Assembly (NCBI GenBank): GCA_964402515.1
Contig: CAYOCM010000001.1
Coordinates: forward strand, 5,660-69,659
From: an uncultured Ruminococcus sp.
GTDB lineage: Bacteria > Bacillota > Clostridia > Oscillospirales > CAG-382
Direction of reading: 5' to 3'
DNA: 64,000 bases
Below, piece after piece: positions 36,710-45,233 of this stretch. How positions within the stretch are numbered: position 1 is the first letter of the stretch; each line of letters begins with the position of its first letter. The notes under the pieces were generated by a model. That model did not search any database and was not told the origin of the DNA. It was given only the letters and a program-made list of their open reading frames with translations. The translations under genes were made by a program, and so were the position numbers.

Positions 36710-37129
36710 TCAAAGGTATTGCTTTAATCTGCCGATATTGTTTTCTTCGACTTCAAGCAGTGTTTTTGCAAGCTCGCGCGATGTGCGCGGCGCGTTGGGA
36801 TACCTTGCAAGTGCTTTTTGCAAATCAATAACGCCGCGTGTTGAGCCCAATATCATCATTTCGGCGAAATGCGAAGCCGACCTGTCTGCAAGCGACGATA
36901 TTTTAATCATTGCTTTGGTACGTTTTTGAGCAAACGACGATAAGTCAAGCAAAGACTTTGCGGGCGTAAGCCTTTCGGCGCTGTAATAAATGTTTTTGTA
37001 TTCTGTCTGCTGCATTCGCAATGTACGCCTGAAATCGCCGTCGTGCGTAAGTTCCGCCACGACCGGTACGGTAAGCAGCCCCATTTGCGCGTTTTTGTGT
37101 ATTCTCGATAATAATTTGTCTTCATTCAT
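36710..37129 (-). CDS. Hypothetical helical protein (139 aa)
   Basis: Clean ORF convergent with cdd. No motif recognised. The composition suggests a helical bundle. Confidence 0.45.
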   Translation of the reverse strand: MNEDKLLSRIHKNAQMGLLTVPVVAELTHDGDFRRTLRMQQTEYKNIYYSAERLTPAKSLLDLSSFAQKRTKAMIKISSLADRSASHFAEMMILGSTRGVIDLQKALARYPNAPRTSRELAKTLLEVEENNIGRLKQYL

Positions 37130-37201
37130 AAATACAAACCTCCGTTGATAATATTATCGCCAAAATCGTCGAAATTATTTGCGCGGCTTGCCGTGCTTAT
37201 A

Positions 37202-37230
37202 TTGAAAAAAACAAAACAATCTGTTATAAT
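37202..37230 (+). promoter_or_regulatory. Sigma-A type promoter
   Basis: TTGAAA, a 17-nt spacer, then TATAAT. Confidence 0.5.
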
Positions 37231-37265
37231 CATTCTTGATATAAATAAAGCAAGGTGAGTGAATA

Positions 37266-38108
37266 ATGAAAGATATCGAACATCAATTGCTTGTAGGCGA
37301 ACGCGCTTTGTTTATGGGACGCGATCTGCGCGTAACCGACTGTGTTTTTGCCGACGGTGAGTCACCTCTTAAAGAAAGCGGCAATATCGAACTTGCGGGC
37401 AGTATGTTTAAATGGAAATATCCGCTGTGGTATTCAAAAAACATCAAGGCACAAAATTGCATATGGTTTGACATGGCTCGCGCGGGCGTATGGTATACAG
37501 ACGGCATTTCGGTTGTGGACTGTGCGTTTGAAGCACCCAAAAACTTTAGGCGCAGCAAAAATATAACGATAAAAAACACATCGTTTTCAAACGCTGCCGA
37601 AACGCTGTGGAGCTGCTGCAATGTCACGCTCGACAACGTGACGGCAAAAGGCGACTATTTTGCAATGAACAGCACCGATATGCATATAGACGGCCTTGTG
37701 CTTTACGGTAATTATTCGTTTGACGGAGTCAAAAACGTCGAGATACATTCATCTAAACTTTTGACCAAAGACGCATTTTGGAACAGCGAAAACGTTGTTG
37801 TATACGACTCGTTCATCTCGGGCGAATATCTCGGATGGAACGCAAAAAATCTTACGCTTATCAACTGCACGGTCGAAAGTCTGCAGGGAATGTGCTATAT
37901 AGACAACCTTGTTATGAAAAACTGCAAGCTAATCAACACCTCGCTTGCGTTTGAATATTCATCTGTCGACGCCGACATCACAGGCAAGATAGACAGCGTA
38001 TTTAATCCCGCATCGGGCATCATTACCGCAGACGAAATAGACAAACTTATAATCGAAAAAGATAAAGTCGACCCTCAAAAAACGCGCATTATTTGCCGCA
38101 ATAAATGA
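37266..38108 (+). CDS. Right-handed beta-helix repeat protein (DUF3737-like)
   Basis: 280 aa with repeated units of about 20-25 aa such as NITIKNTSF, NVTLDNVT and NLTLINCTV, plus an N-terminal GESPLKES motif. The family assignment is from memory only. Confidence 0.45.
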   Translation: MKDIEHQLLVGERALFMGRDLRVTDCVFADGESPLKESGNIELAGSMFKWKYPLWYSKNIKAQNCIWFDMARAGVWYTDGISVVDCAFEAPKNFRRSKNITIKNTSFSNAAETLWSCCNVTLDNVTAKGDYFAMNSTDMHIDGLVLYGNYSFDGVKNVEIHSSKLLTKDAFWNSENVVVYDSFISGEYLGWNAKNLTLINCTVESLQGMCYIDNLVMKNCKLINTSLAFEYSSVDADITGKIDSVFNPASGIITADEIDKLIIEKDKVDPQKTRIICRNK

Positions 38109-38121
38109 TGAGGTAACAAAA

Positions 38122-39291
38122 ATGTATGATTTTGACAGCATAACCGACAGACATCGTGCCGACGCGGTAAAATGGGCCGTCGGCAAAAACGAACTGCCGA
38201 TGTGGGTAGCCGACATGGATTTTAAAACCGCGCCCGAAATAATCGACGCGCTTACCGAGCGCGTAAGACACGGTATATTCGGCTATACGGACCTCGGCGA
38301 CGACTGGTATAACGCATATATCGGTTGGTGGAGCAAGCGCCACGGATATAAAATGCAAAAAGACCGGCTTATATTTTGCACCGGTGTCGTGCCCGCGATA
38401 TCAAGCATAATACGCAAACTTACCACCCCCAACGAAAAGGTCGTTGTGCTTTCACCGGGCTACGGAATGTTTTTTAACTGCGCGGTCAACAGCGGACGTG
38501 TTGTTAACGAGTCGGTATTAAAATATTCAAACGGCGAATATGAGATAGATTTCGACGACCTTGAATCTCGCCTTGCCGACCCGCAAACGTCGATGATGAT
38601 AATTTGCAATCCGCACAACCCCATAGGCAAGATATGGACGCGTGACGAATTAATGCGTATAGGCTCGCTTTGCAAAAAGCACGGTGTTTTGGTGTTATCC
38701 GATGAGATACATTGCGACCTGACGGCTCCCGGCAAAGAATATATTCCTTTTGCCTCGCTGTCGGACGAATTACGCGATATCAGCATCACGTGCATCGCTC
38801 CCACAAAGGCGTTTAACCTTGCGGGCATACAGACGGCGGCGGTATCTGTACCCGAACCGTTTTTGTATCACAAGGTATGGCGCGCGCTCAACACCGACGA
38901 TGTTGCCGAACCCAACGCTTTTGCGACTGTGGCCGCGATAGCGGCATTTACGCAGGGCGAAAAATGGCTTGACGAACTGCGCGAATATATCGACGCAAAC
39001 AAACGCCGTGCGGTGGATTTTATAAAACAGAATATTCCCGGGATAAAAGTGCAAAAATCCGATGCCACATATCTTTTGTGGCTCGATTGCCGAGAAATAT
39101 ATAACGGCGAACCCGAGATATCAGAGGTCATACGCGCAAAAACAGGTCTGTTTTTGTCGGGCGGCAGTCATTATGGCAAAGGCGGCGAAGGCTTTGCCCG
39201 TATGAACGTTGCCTGCCCGAGAGAATTGCTTGACGACGGTCTTATTCGCCTTAAGGCCGCTGTAACCGACATACAAAAAGGCATAATATAA
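38122..39291 (+). CDS. PLP-dependent C-S lyase (MalY/PatB cystathionine beta-lyase family)
   Basis: N-terminus DRHRADAVKW...MWVADMDFKTAPEI and the PLP-lysine context IAPTKAFNLAG. Confidence 0.8.
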   Translation: MYDFDSITDRHRADAVKWAVGKNELPMWVADMDFKTAPEIIDALTERVRHGIFGYTDLGDDWYNAYIGWWSKRHGYKMQKDRLIFCTGVVPAISSIIRKLTTPNEKVVVLSPGYGMFFNCAVNSGRVVNESVLKYSNGEYEIDFDDLESRLADPQTSMMIICNPHNPIGKIWTRDELMRIGSLCKKHGVLVLSDEIHCDLTAPGKEYIPFASLSDELRDISITCIAPTKAFNLAGIQTAAVSVPEPFLYHKVWRALNTDDVAEPNAFATVAAIAAFTQGEKWLDELREYIDANKRRAVDFIKQNIPGIKVQKSDATYLLWLDCREIYNGEPEISEVIRAKTGLFLSGGSHYGKGGEGFARMNVACPRELLDDGLIRLKAAVTDIQKGII

Positions 39292-39316
39292 ACTTGTCAC
39301 AAAATGCTTTTTGCTA

Positions 39317-39345
39317 TTGAAAAATGCAAACGGCTGTGATAAAAT
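39317..39345 (+). promoter_or_regulatory. Sigma-A type promoter with extended -10
   Basis: TTGAAA, a 17-nt spacer whose 3' end supplies the TGn, then TAAAAT (extended -10 TGaTAAAAT). Confidence 0.5.
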
Positions 39346-39375
39346 ACAGACAAACAATATGTTTTGGAGGGCATC

Positions 39376-40437
39376 ATGGCAAAAATGAAAATAGCCATAA
39401 TCGGCTGCGGTACCATCGCCAATAACGCGCATATTCCCGCATATCTTAAAAATCCCGACGTAGAAATCAAATATTTCTGCGACATCATTCTTTCAAAAGC
39501 AGAGGCAGCGGTTGAAAAATACGGCTGCGGCATAGCTGTTGAAGATTATCACGAGATACTCACCGACCCCGAGGTTGAGGCAGTATCTGTCTGCACACCC
39601 AACCTTATGCACTCGGTAATTTCTATCGATTTTCTCAAAGCGGGCAAAAACGTTTTGTGCGAAAAACCCGCCGCACGCATTTATTCGGAAGCTCTTGCTA
39701 TGCAACAGGCTCAGCACGAGTCGGGCAAAGTGCTTAACATAGGCGTTGTCAATCGCTTTAACGCAGGTGTCAACAAGCTTCGCTCGATGATTCAAAACGG
39801 CGATCTCGGCGAGGTTTATGCCGTATATGTATCGTTCCGCGCTCACCGTTCTATACCCGGTTTGGGCGGCGCATTTACCACCAAGGCTATCGCAGGCGGC
39901 GGCGTTCTTATCGACTGGGGCGTACATTATCTCGATATCGTCATGTACTGCATGAACGATCCCAAGCCTCTTACCGTTTCTTCAAAAGCGTTCTCAAAAC
40001 TCGGCGTCGATATGCCCAACTATGTTTATAACGGCATGTGGGCAGAAGATACCAAAGACGTCAACGGCACTTATGACGTTGACGACTATGTTACCGGCTT
40101 TGTTCGCACCGAAGGTCCCACCATCACCTTTAACGGCGCATGGGCACAGAATATCGGCGTATCCGAGACATACATCGATTTTCTCGGCACCAAAGGCGGC
40201 GCAAGACTGCAATACGGTTCGGACTTTACTCTTTATACCACCGCTTGCGGCGAGCTTATCGAGTTTAAACCCCGCTTTACCCCCAACGCTCATTTTGAAA
40301 ACGAGATCAACAGTTTTATACGCTGCATAAAGACCGGCGAAAAACTGCCCTCGCACATCGACACAGTCATCGTCACCGCAAAGATGATGCAGGCTATGTA
40401 TGATTCGTCAGAGCAAGGCAAAGAAATACAGCTTTAA
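39376..40437 (+). CDS. Gfo/Idh/MocA-family NAD(P)-dependent oxidoreductase
   Basis: Rossmann motif KIAIIGCGTIANNAHIPAY and the LCEKPAA motif. ATG 39376 is preceded by GGAGGG. Confidence 0.85.
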   Translation: MAKMKIAIIGCGTIANNAHIPAYLKNPDVEIKYFCDIILSKAEAAVEKYGCGIAVEDYHEILTDPEVEAVSVCTPNLMHSVISIDFLKAGKNVLCEKPAARIYSEALAMQQAQHESGKVLNIGVVNRFNAGVNKLRSMIQNGDLGEVYAVYVSFRAHRSIPGLGGAFTTKAIAGGGVLIDWGVHYLDIVMYCMNDPKPLTVSSKAFSKLGVDMPNYVYNGMWAEDTKDVNGTYDVDDYVTGFVRTEGPTITFNGAWAQNIGVSETYIDFLGTKGGARLQYGSDFTLYTTACGELIEFKPRFTPNAHFENEINSFIRCIKTGEKLPSHIDTVIVTAKMMQAMYDSSEQGKEIQL

Positions 40438-40455
40438 TCCACCCTGTCATAACGC

Positions 40456-40486
40456 AAAAGGTCTGCCGAACAGGCAGACCTTTTTA
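40456..40486. terminator. Bidirectional terminator
   Basis: AAAA, then GGTCTGCC-gaaca-GGCAGACC, then TTTTT, between convergent genes. Confidence 0.8.
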
Positions 40487-40504
40487 TGTATTGATAATAT
40501 TTAA

Positions 40505-40924
40505 TTATGTTGTTGAATTCTTCTCTGTTGTCCACGTTGTACCGTTAAATGTTGCGGTGTAGCCTTTATCCGTGTCGGTATAGGAGAAGGATGTGAATGT
40601 TCCATTGGATACATTATATTCAAAATATTTAGGGTCAGTATCATATTTTACATCATTACCTTTTACATTATCAATAGTCATTTTATTGATCTCTTTAGTT
40701 GTCGTTTGTGTATTATCGTTTCCGTCAAGTTTGCCGTCGGAAAGATCAAGCGCATATGCTTCTTTATAAAGTGCTGCGGCAACCTGCTGTACGGCAGATG
40801 CATTGGCTTTTTCGATAACGTTGCTGAATGTGGGAATCATCACCGCGGCAAGAATAGCAATTACGGCGATGACGATAACGAGCTCTACTATGGTAAAGCC
40901 CTTTTTGTTTGTGATTTTTTTCAT
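40505..40924 (-). CDS. Type IV pilin / pseudopilin-like protein (prepilin N-terminal cleavage/methylation domain)
   Basis: The N-terminus MKKITNKKG|FTIVELVIVIAVIAILAAVMIPTF has a short basic leader, Gly at -1, Phe at +1 and Glu at +5. AAGGAG RBS. The coding sequence is visibly AT-rich. Confidence 0.85.
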   Translation of the reverse strand: MKKITNKKGFTIVELVIVIAVIAILAAVMIPTFSNVIEKANASAVQQVAAALYKEAYALDLSDGKLDGNDNTQTTTKEINKMTIDNVKGNDVKYDTDPKYFEYNVSNGTFTSFSYTDTDKGYTATFNGTTWTTEKNSTT

Positions 40925-41148
40925 GAGTCGCTCCTTAAAAAAATGTTTTTTATGTCTGAATTAAATTTTGGACGCGCGCCGACGGTAACCGAGCCGCCCT
41001 TCGCACGCCTTTTGACGACCGGTTAAAAACCCGCGGTGCCGCATTTAAAGCACACGTGCCTCGCAAACACGTTTGCAACCCGAACTCAACAAACAGGCTG
41101 CGGCTCCGCCGGTAACGCCGCCTAATATACTATTAGGCGTACGTTTAT
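40925..41148 (-). promoter_or_regulatory. Long 5' leader (about 220 nt) of the pilin gene with a GC-rich core; candidate cis-regulatory RNA
   Basis: Spans the distance from the predicted TSS (just downstream of the -10 at 41155-41160) to ATG 40924. The core 40971-41120 is 93/150 = 62% G+C by hand count, next to an AT-rich gene. It contains complementary segments, for example GGAGCCGC (41103-41110) and GCGGCTC(G) (40991-40998). Confidence 0.4.
41119..41142. repeat. Palindromic site A (CGCCTAATA-TAC-TATTAGGCG + TAC) at about +6 to +30 of the pilin promoter
   Basis: 9-3-9 palindrome. These 24 nt are the exact reverse complement of 41245-41268. Confidence 0.8.
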
Positions 41149-41154
41149 GGTGTG

Positions 41155-41183
41155 ATTATACCCTTTTTATACCGTTTTGTCAA
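41155..41183 (-). promoter_or_regulatory. Perfect-consensus sigma-A promoter of the pilin gene
   Basis: Minus strand reads TTGACA, a 17-nt spacer, then TATAAT. Confidence 0.65.
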
Positions 41184-41244
41184 GTAGTTTTACGATAAAA
41201 AATGAACTTTTTATGTGTTAAAATGTTTCGGGCACTAACAAAAT

Positions 41245-41271
41245 GTACGCCTAATAGTATATTAGGCGTAC
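41245..41271. repeat. Palindromic site B (GTACGCCTAATA-GTA-TATTAGGCGTAC), perfect 12-3-12, about 110 bp upstream of the predicted TSS
   Basis: A perfect 27-bp palindrome, the inverted copy of site A. It lies next to the terminator of the upstream NUDIX gene. Confidence 0.8.
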
Positions 41272-41302
41272 AAAAAGACCGTCTTCGCAGACGGTCTTTT
41301 TG
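41272..41302. terminator. Terminator after the NUDIX gene (bidirectional shape)
   Basis: AAAAA, then GACCGTC-ttcgca-GACGGTC, then TTTTT. Confidence 0.8.
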
Positions 41303-41324
41303 CGTTATTAAGCGTATTTAACTG

Positions 41325-41843
41325 TCAGTTATAAACGTCGATGCCTATTGAGGCATAATATTCGCCGAAATCGCGCACCTGTGACTTTATGCATTCATCG
41401 GATGTGATAAACTTTGCAAAATTGTCAAAATCAAGCCAACGGTATTCAACCGTTTCTCCCTCTTGCAAAACCACGGCGTCTTTGTCGCAATCGGTAATGC
41501 CGAGATAGGTATAATATATCGTCTGTTTGGGGTGCGAAACGACTGTTTTTAAAAATATCAGTTCGCACGGGGTTATGCCCGTTTCTTCAAACAGTTCGCG
41601 GCGCATACCTTCATCGGGTGTTTCGCCCTTTAGCATAGAACCGCCCGCGGTTGCCTCAAAATATCCGGGATATGCATCTTTTGTATAATCGCGCCGCATA
41701 AGCAGATAACTGCCGTCAATATGTTTGACAAGCACGGCACAGACGCCGTGATATATTCCGCCCGGAATAGGTTCGTCACGCACAAGGTCGATGCCCACTT
41801 TTGTTCCGTCGGCATTTAAGCCGTCCCATATCTCGCGTTTCAT
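41325..41843 (-). CDS. NUDIX hydrolase
   Basis: Nudix box GGSMLKGETPDEGMRRELFEETGI. ATG 41843 is preceded by AAAGGA. Confidence 0.8.
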   Translation of the reverse strand: MKREIWDGLNADGTKVGIDLVRDEPIPGGIYHGVCAVLVKHIDGSYLLMRRDYTKDAYPGYFEATAGGSMLKGETPDEGMRRELFEETGITPCELIFLKTVVSHPKQTIYYTYLGITDCDKDAVVLQEGETVEYRWLDFDNFAKFITSDECIKSQVRDFGEYYASIGIDVYN

Positions 41844-41863
41844 AAACATCCTTTCGCAAAATG

Positions 41864-42940
41864 TCAATCAAAATATCCGAGGCGATAAAGCAATTCGGCA
41901 GTCAAAACACCGCCGCCCGCCGCTCCGCGCAATGTGTTGTGTGACAGACAGACAAATTTATAATCAAATATCCTATCGGGCCTGAGTCTGCCGACGGTAA
42001 TGCCCATTCCGCCGTAAATGTCGCGGTCAAGGCCCGTCTGCGGTCTGTCGGGCTCGTCGATATATGTAACAAATTGCTTTGGTGCGTGCGGCAATTGCAA
42101 TTGCTGCGGCAATGACGAATAATCATGCCAACGTTGCAATATTTCATCACTTGAGGGTTTGTTTTTAAACTTTACAAACACCGATGCAAGATGTCCGTCG
42201 GAAACAGGCACTCTGATACACTGCGCGCTTATTATAGGCTCGTCGGCATTTATTATCTTGCCGTCTTTTACATCGCCCCATATTTTAAGAGGTTCGTTTT
42301 CGCTTTTTTCTTCTTCGCCGCCTATATACGGAATAACGTTATCGCTTATCTCGGGAAACGAGTCGAAAGTCTTGCCCGCACCGGATATCGCCTGCATGGT
42401 GGTTACGCTTACCGATTCGATACCGAAATCAAAAAGCGGAGTCAGCGCGGGAACATAGCTTTGTATAGAACAGTTGGGTTTGGTAACGATAAATCCGCGC
42501 GAGGTGCCGAGGCGTTTTTTTTGCGCATCGATAACCGACAGATGATTTGAATTGATTTCCGGAATTATCATTGGCACGTCGGGCACGGCACGATTTGCCG
42601 AGTTGTTAGAGATAACGGGAAGCTCGGCGACCGCATAGGCTTGTTCAAGCGCCTTTATCTCGTCTTTGGGCATATTTACGGCGCAAAACACGATGTCGGC
42701 GTTTGACTTTATCGTCTGTATATTCGACGCATCGATAACGGTCATATCTTTGGCATATTCGGGGCAATCGGCAGACAGTTTCCACCTGCCCGCAAGTGCG
42801 TCGCTGTATTTTTTGCCTGCCGACGATGCACTGGCGGCAAGCACGGTAACATCAAAATACGGGTGATCATTTAGCAGAGTAAGCAATCTTTGGCCGACCA
42901 TGCCGGTAGCGCCGACGACCGCAACACGCTTTTTGAGCAT
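41864..42940 (-). CDS. asd: Aspartate-semialdehyde dehydrogenase
   Basis: N-terminus VAVVGATGMVGQ, the active-site Cys context KPNCSIQ, and the C-terminal SHNTLRGAAGG. Confidence 0.9.
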   Translation of the reverse strand: MLKKRVAVVGATGMVGQRLLTLLNDHPYFDVTVLAASASSAGKKYSDALAGRWKLSADCPEYAKDMTVIDASNIQTIKSNADIVFCAVNMPKDEIKALEQAYAVAELPVISNNSANRAVPDVPMIIPEINSNHLSVIDAQKKRLGTSRGFIVTKPNCSIQSYVPALTPLFDFGIESVSVTTMQAISGAGKTFDSFPEISDNVIPYIGGEEEKSENEPLKIWGDVKDGKIINADEPIISAQCIRVPVSDGHLASVFVKFKNKPSSDEILQRWHDYSSLPQQLQLPHAPKQFVTYIDEPDRPQTGLDRDIYGGMGITVGRLRPDRIFDYKFVCLSHNTLRGAAGGGVLTAELLYRLGYFD

Positions 42941-43032
42941 AATAACAGTTCCTTTCGCTGATGGTGTTTATATATGATATGAATATGCTGCCGCACTTGA
43001 TAATACAAATGCGGCAGCAAACAACGTTATGG

Positions 43033-43506
43033 TTAAATAAGGTCTTTGTATATACCGACCTCTGCGCCGTCGATAACAGTTGCGCCCACGACTTTTTTAT
43101 AAAAATCAACAGGGCCGGCACTGCCTATGACAGCGTATGCATAGCCTTCGTCACGCATTGCCTGCATACATCTGAGGCAAAGCGCACCGCCTATGCCGAG
43201 ACCGCGCGCCTCGGGATCAACACCCGTAGGGCCGAAATAATTGCGATAGGTCGATTCGTATGCCGCAAATCCGAGTATGCGTTTGTTAACCGTGTCATAG
43301 GCTATAAAACACGAAACGGGAAAATGCGTAAACGCGGTGTCTGTCTCGTTTGCCCATGCTTCACCGAATTTTTCGGCAACCCAAGCGTGAACTATATGCT
43401 TGTTGGGCGTCATGGGACGTATTATTTTTATGCCTTTTTGTTCAAGGCCGCTGTATAACTCGGCTCCGTCGGGAAGCTGATACAGCTTAACTAACATATC
43501 GGGCAT
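43033..43506 (-). CDS. GNAT-family N-acetyltransferase
   Basis: Acetyl-CoA-binding pattern PEARGLGIGGALCLRCMQAMRDEGY. Lies 11 nt after the LRR gene, with an AGGAG RBS. Confidence 0.75.
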   Translation of the reverse strand: MPDMLVKLYQLPDGAELYSGLEQKGIKIIRPMTPNKHIVHAWVAEKFGEAWANETDTAFTHFPVSCFIAYDTVNKRILGFAAYESTYRNYFGPTGVDPEARGLGIGGALCLRCMQAMRDEGYAYAVIGSAGPVDFYKKVVGATVIDGAEVGIYKDLI

Positions 43507-43517
43507 ATTATGACTCC

Positions 43518-45113
43518 TTATTTGGAAACGATGCCCGAAACGTTTGATACGTTAGAGGTATCCGATGTATCGCTGTCGGGAGTATAGACCTTAAGGCCGT
43601 TGAAGGTTGCGTTTTTATAATAATCCGAATATTTGGTTTCTTTATCGTCGCTGTCTTTAAAGGTTATCGACTCTAATTTGTTGTCGGTCAATTTAACGGT
43701 TGCTTTAAAGTCGTCGACGGTCCAGCATTTTTCAAGTCCGGTAAGGTCGGTGATCTCGTTGTCCGAAAGGTCGAGCGAGGTGAGTTTGTTGAGTCCGGTA
43801 ACGGCGTCGACGATATCTTTTATCTTGTTATCTCCGAGATCGATAGAGGTAGCCTCGGTAAGCGATTTGATGGCGGTTATATCGACTATCTCGTTGCAGC
43901 AAGCGTCAAGCGTGGTAAGTTTTGTGCAGGCTGCAATAGCGCTGATATCGGTTATCTTGTTCTCCGAGATATTAAGGGAGGTAAGCGCGGTGCAATTTTT
44001 AAGCGCAGAGATGTCGGTGAGTTCGCAATCGGAAGCATCGAGAGTTTCGAGTTTGGTCATACCCGACAGTGCGTCAAGCGAGGTGATCTTGGTTCCGTAA
44101 AGGTAAAGCGATTCAAGAGCTACTGACGAGCTTATAGCCGAGATGTCGGCGAGGTCTTCGTTGCCGCTGACGTCAAGAGTGGTAAGGTTTTTAAGGCCCT
44201 GCAAACCGTCAAGCGAAACGAGTTTGTTGCTCGAGAGCGAGAGTTTTTCAAGCGAAGTGAGCGAAGAAACGGTAGTGAGATCTTCTATATCGTTTGACGA
44301 TGTGTCAAGTGTCTTGAGCGATTCGAGCGACGAAAGCGCCGAAAGATCACTGATGCCGAGACCGCCCATCATTAAAGTTTCGAGTTTTGAAGATTTTTCG
44401 ATGCCTTCAAGCGAAGCGACGCTTGTGTTGACGATGTCAAGACTGGTAAGATTTTCAAAAGCATCGAGGCCTTTGAGCGATGCAAGGTCGGTATATTCAA
44501 GCGCGAGAACCTCAAGTTTGGTAAGGTTCTTGATAACATCAAGGGTTTTGAGACCGGTGAGTTTCATGCTCTTTACGACATCGTCAAAGCTGACGCCCGA
44601 AGAACTGCCGTAGATCTGTGCATAAAGGCTTGAAATATATGCGTTATAATTCATTTGGTAAATATTGGATGCGTCAAAAGCCGAGAGATAACGCAGGTTT
44701 TTGAACAATGCAAGATCGTTTACATCGTCAAGAATGCATATGGCCGCGATATAGTCGGTGCCCTCTTTGGGTTCATAATCTTCGGTATCGCCCGAGATAA
44801 TTTTGTCGGTATAATCTTTGTATCCGAGAACGACGACGGGATAAGCGTTTGTGGTCTTATTGTCGCTTGACATGCTGATATCGCAATAATATACAAGGCT
44901 TTCGAATTTATCAAGCATTGACTGGTCGATATCGCAAGCGTGGCAGCCGAGCGACGAGGCTATTGCCTGCGCAAAAAGCTGATCGCCGAAAAGCGAGTTT
45001 GTGGAAAAATACTTGTTAAGTGCAACGGCAACTATGCCCGCAACAAGTGCGATGCAGAGCACAAGCGCTATTATAAAATTGCGCATTGCCGTTTTGCGAT
45101 TATAAATGCTCAT
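43518..45113 (-). CDS. Membrane-anchored leucine-rich-repeat (internalin-like) surface protein
   Basis: N-terminal TM helix FIIALVLCIALVAGIVAVAL, then about 14 tandem 22-aa LRR units such as LxxLxxLDxSxNxIxDIxxL. Confidence 0.85.
   Translation of the reverse strand: MSIYNRKTAMRNFIIALVLCIALVAGIVAVALNKYFSTNSLFGDQLFAQAIASSLGCHACDIDQSMLDKFESLVYYCDISMSSDNKTTNAYPVVVLGYKDYTDKIISGDTEDYEPKEGTDYIAAICILDDVNDLALFKNLRYLSAFDASNIYQMNYNAYISSLYAQIYGSSSGVSFDDVVKSMKLTGLKTLDVIKNLTKLEVLALEYTDLASLKGLDAFENLTSLDIVNTSVASLEGIEKSSKLETLMMGGLGISDLSALSSLESLKTLDTSSNDIEDLTTVSSLTSLEKLSLSSNKLVSLDGLQGLKNLTTLDVSGNEDLADISAISSSVALESLYLYGTKITSLDALSGMTKLETLDASDCELTDISALKNCTALTSLNISENKITDISAIAACTKLTTLDACCNEIVDITAIKSLTEATSIDLGDNKIKDIVDAVTGLNKLTSLDLSDNEITDLTGLEKCWTVDDFKATVKLTDNKLESITFKDSDDKETKYSDYYKNATFNGLKVYTPDSDTSDTSNVSNVSGIVSK
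43628..44561 (-). repeat. Tandem 66-nt (22-aa) LRR coding repeats inside the LRR gene
   Basis: Repeated units such as LTSLDIVNTSVASLEGIEKSSK, LETLMMGGLGISDLSALSSLES and LKTLDTSSNDIEDLTTVSSLTS. Boundaries are approximate. Confidence 0.7.
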
Positions 45114-45151
45114 TTGGGGTATCCTCCAAGAAATTGTTTTTCAACTTGTTA

Positions 45152-45180
45152 ATTGTATCACATATCGGCACGGTTTGCAA
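45152..45180 (-). promoter_or_regulatory. Sigma-A type promoter of the LRR-GNAT unit
   Basis: Minus strand reads TTGCAA, a 17-nt spacer, then TACAAT. Confidence 0.45.
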
Positions 45181-45233
45181 GCCTTTTTGTGCCGTTTTGC
45201 GTGTTTTAAGTGTTTTTATCTGTTTTTTTGCGG

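Noticed and set aside
40961-41044. 27-codon Arg-rich uORF (MRHRGFLTGRQKACEGRLGYRRRASKI) inside the pilin leader.
   Set aside because: It has no Shine-Dalgarno sequence upstream. The Arg/Gly richness is what a GC-rich non-coding stretch produces in any frame. I treat the region as RNA structure rather than a leader peptide.
40925-41148. Assigning the pilin leader to the c-di-GMP-I or c-di-GMP-II riboswitch class.
   Set aside because: A few short strings (GGCAC...GTGC, AACCGGTC) recall class II. I could not reproduce the conserved core or its pseudoknot arrangement by eye, and I found no terminator-type expression platform. It stays an unclassified candidate.
43633-44613. Two Ser-rich plus-strand ORFs (155 and 156 aa) opposite the LRR gene.
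   Set aside because: They are reverse-frame artefacts of the 66-nt LRR repeats. The Leu codons read as Ser/Glu-rich nonsense on the other strand.
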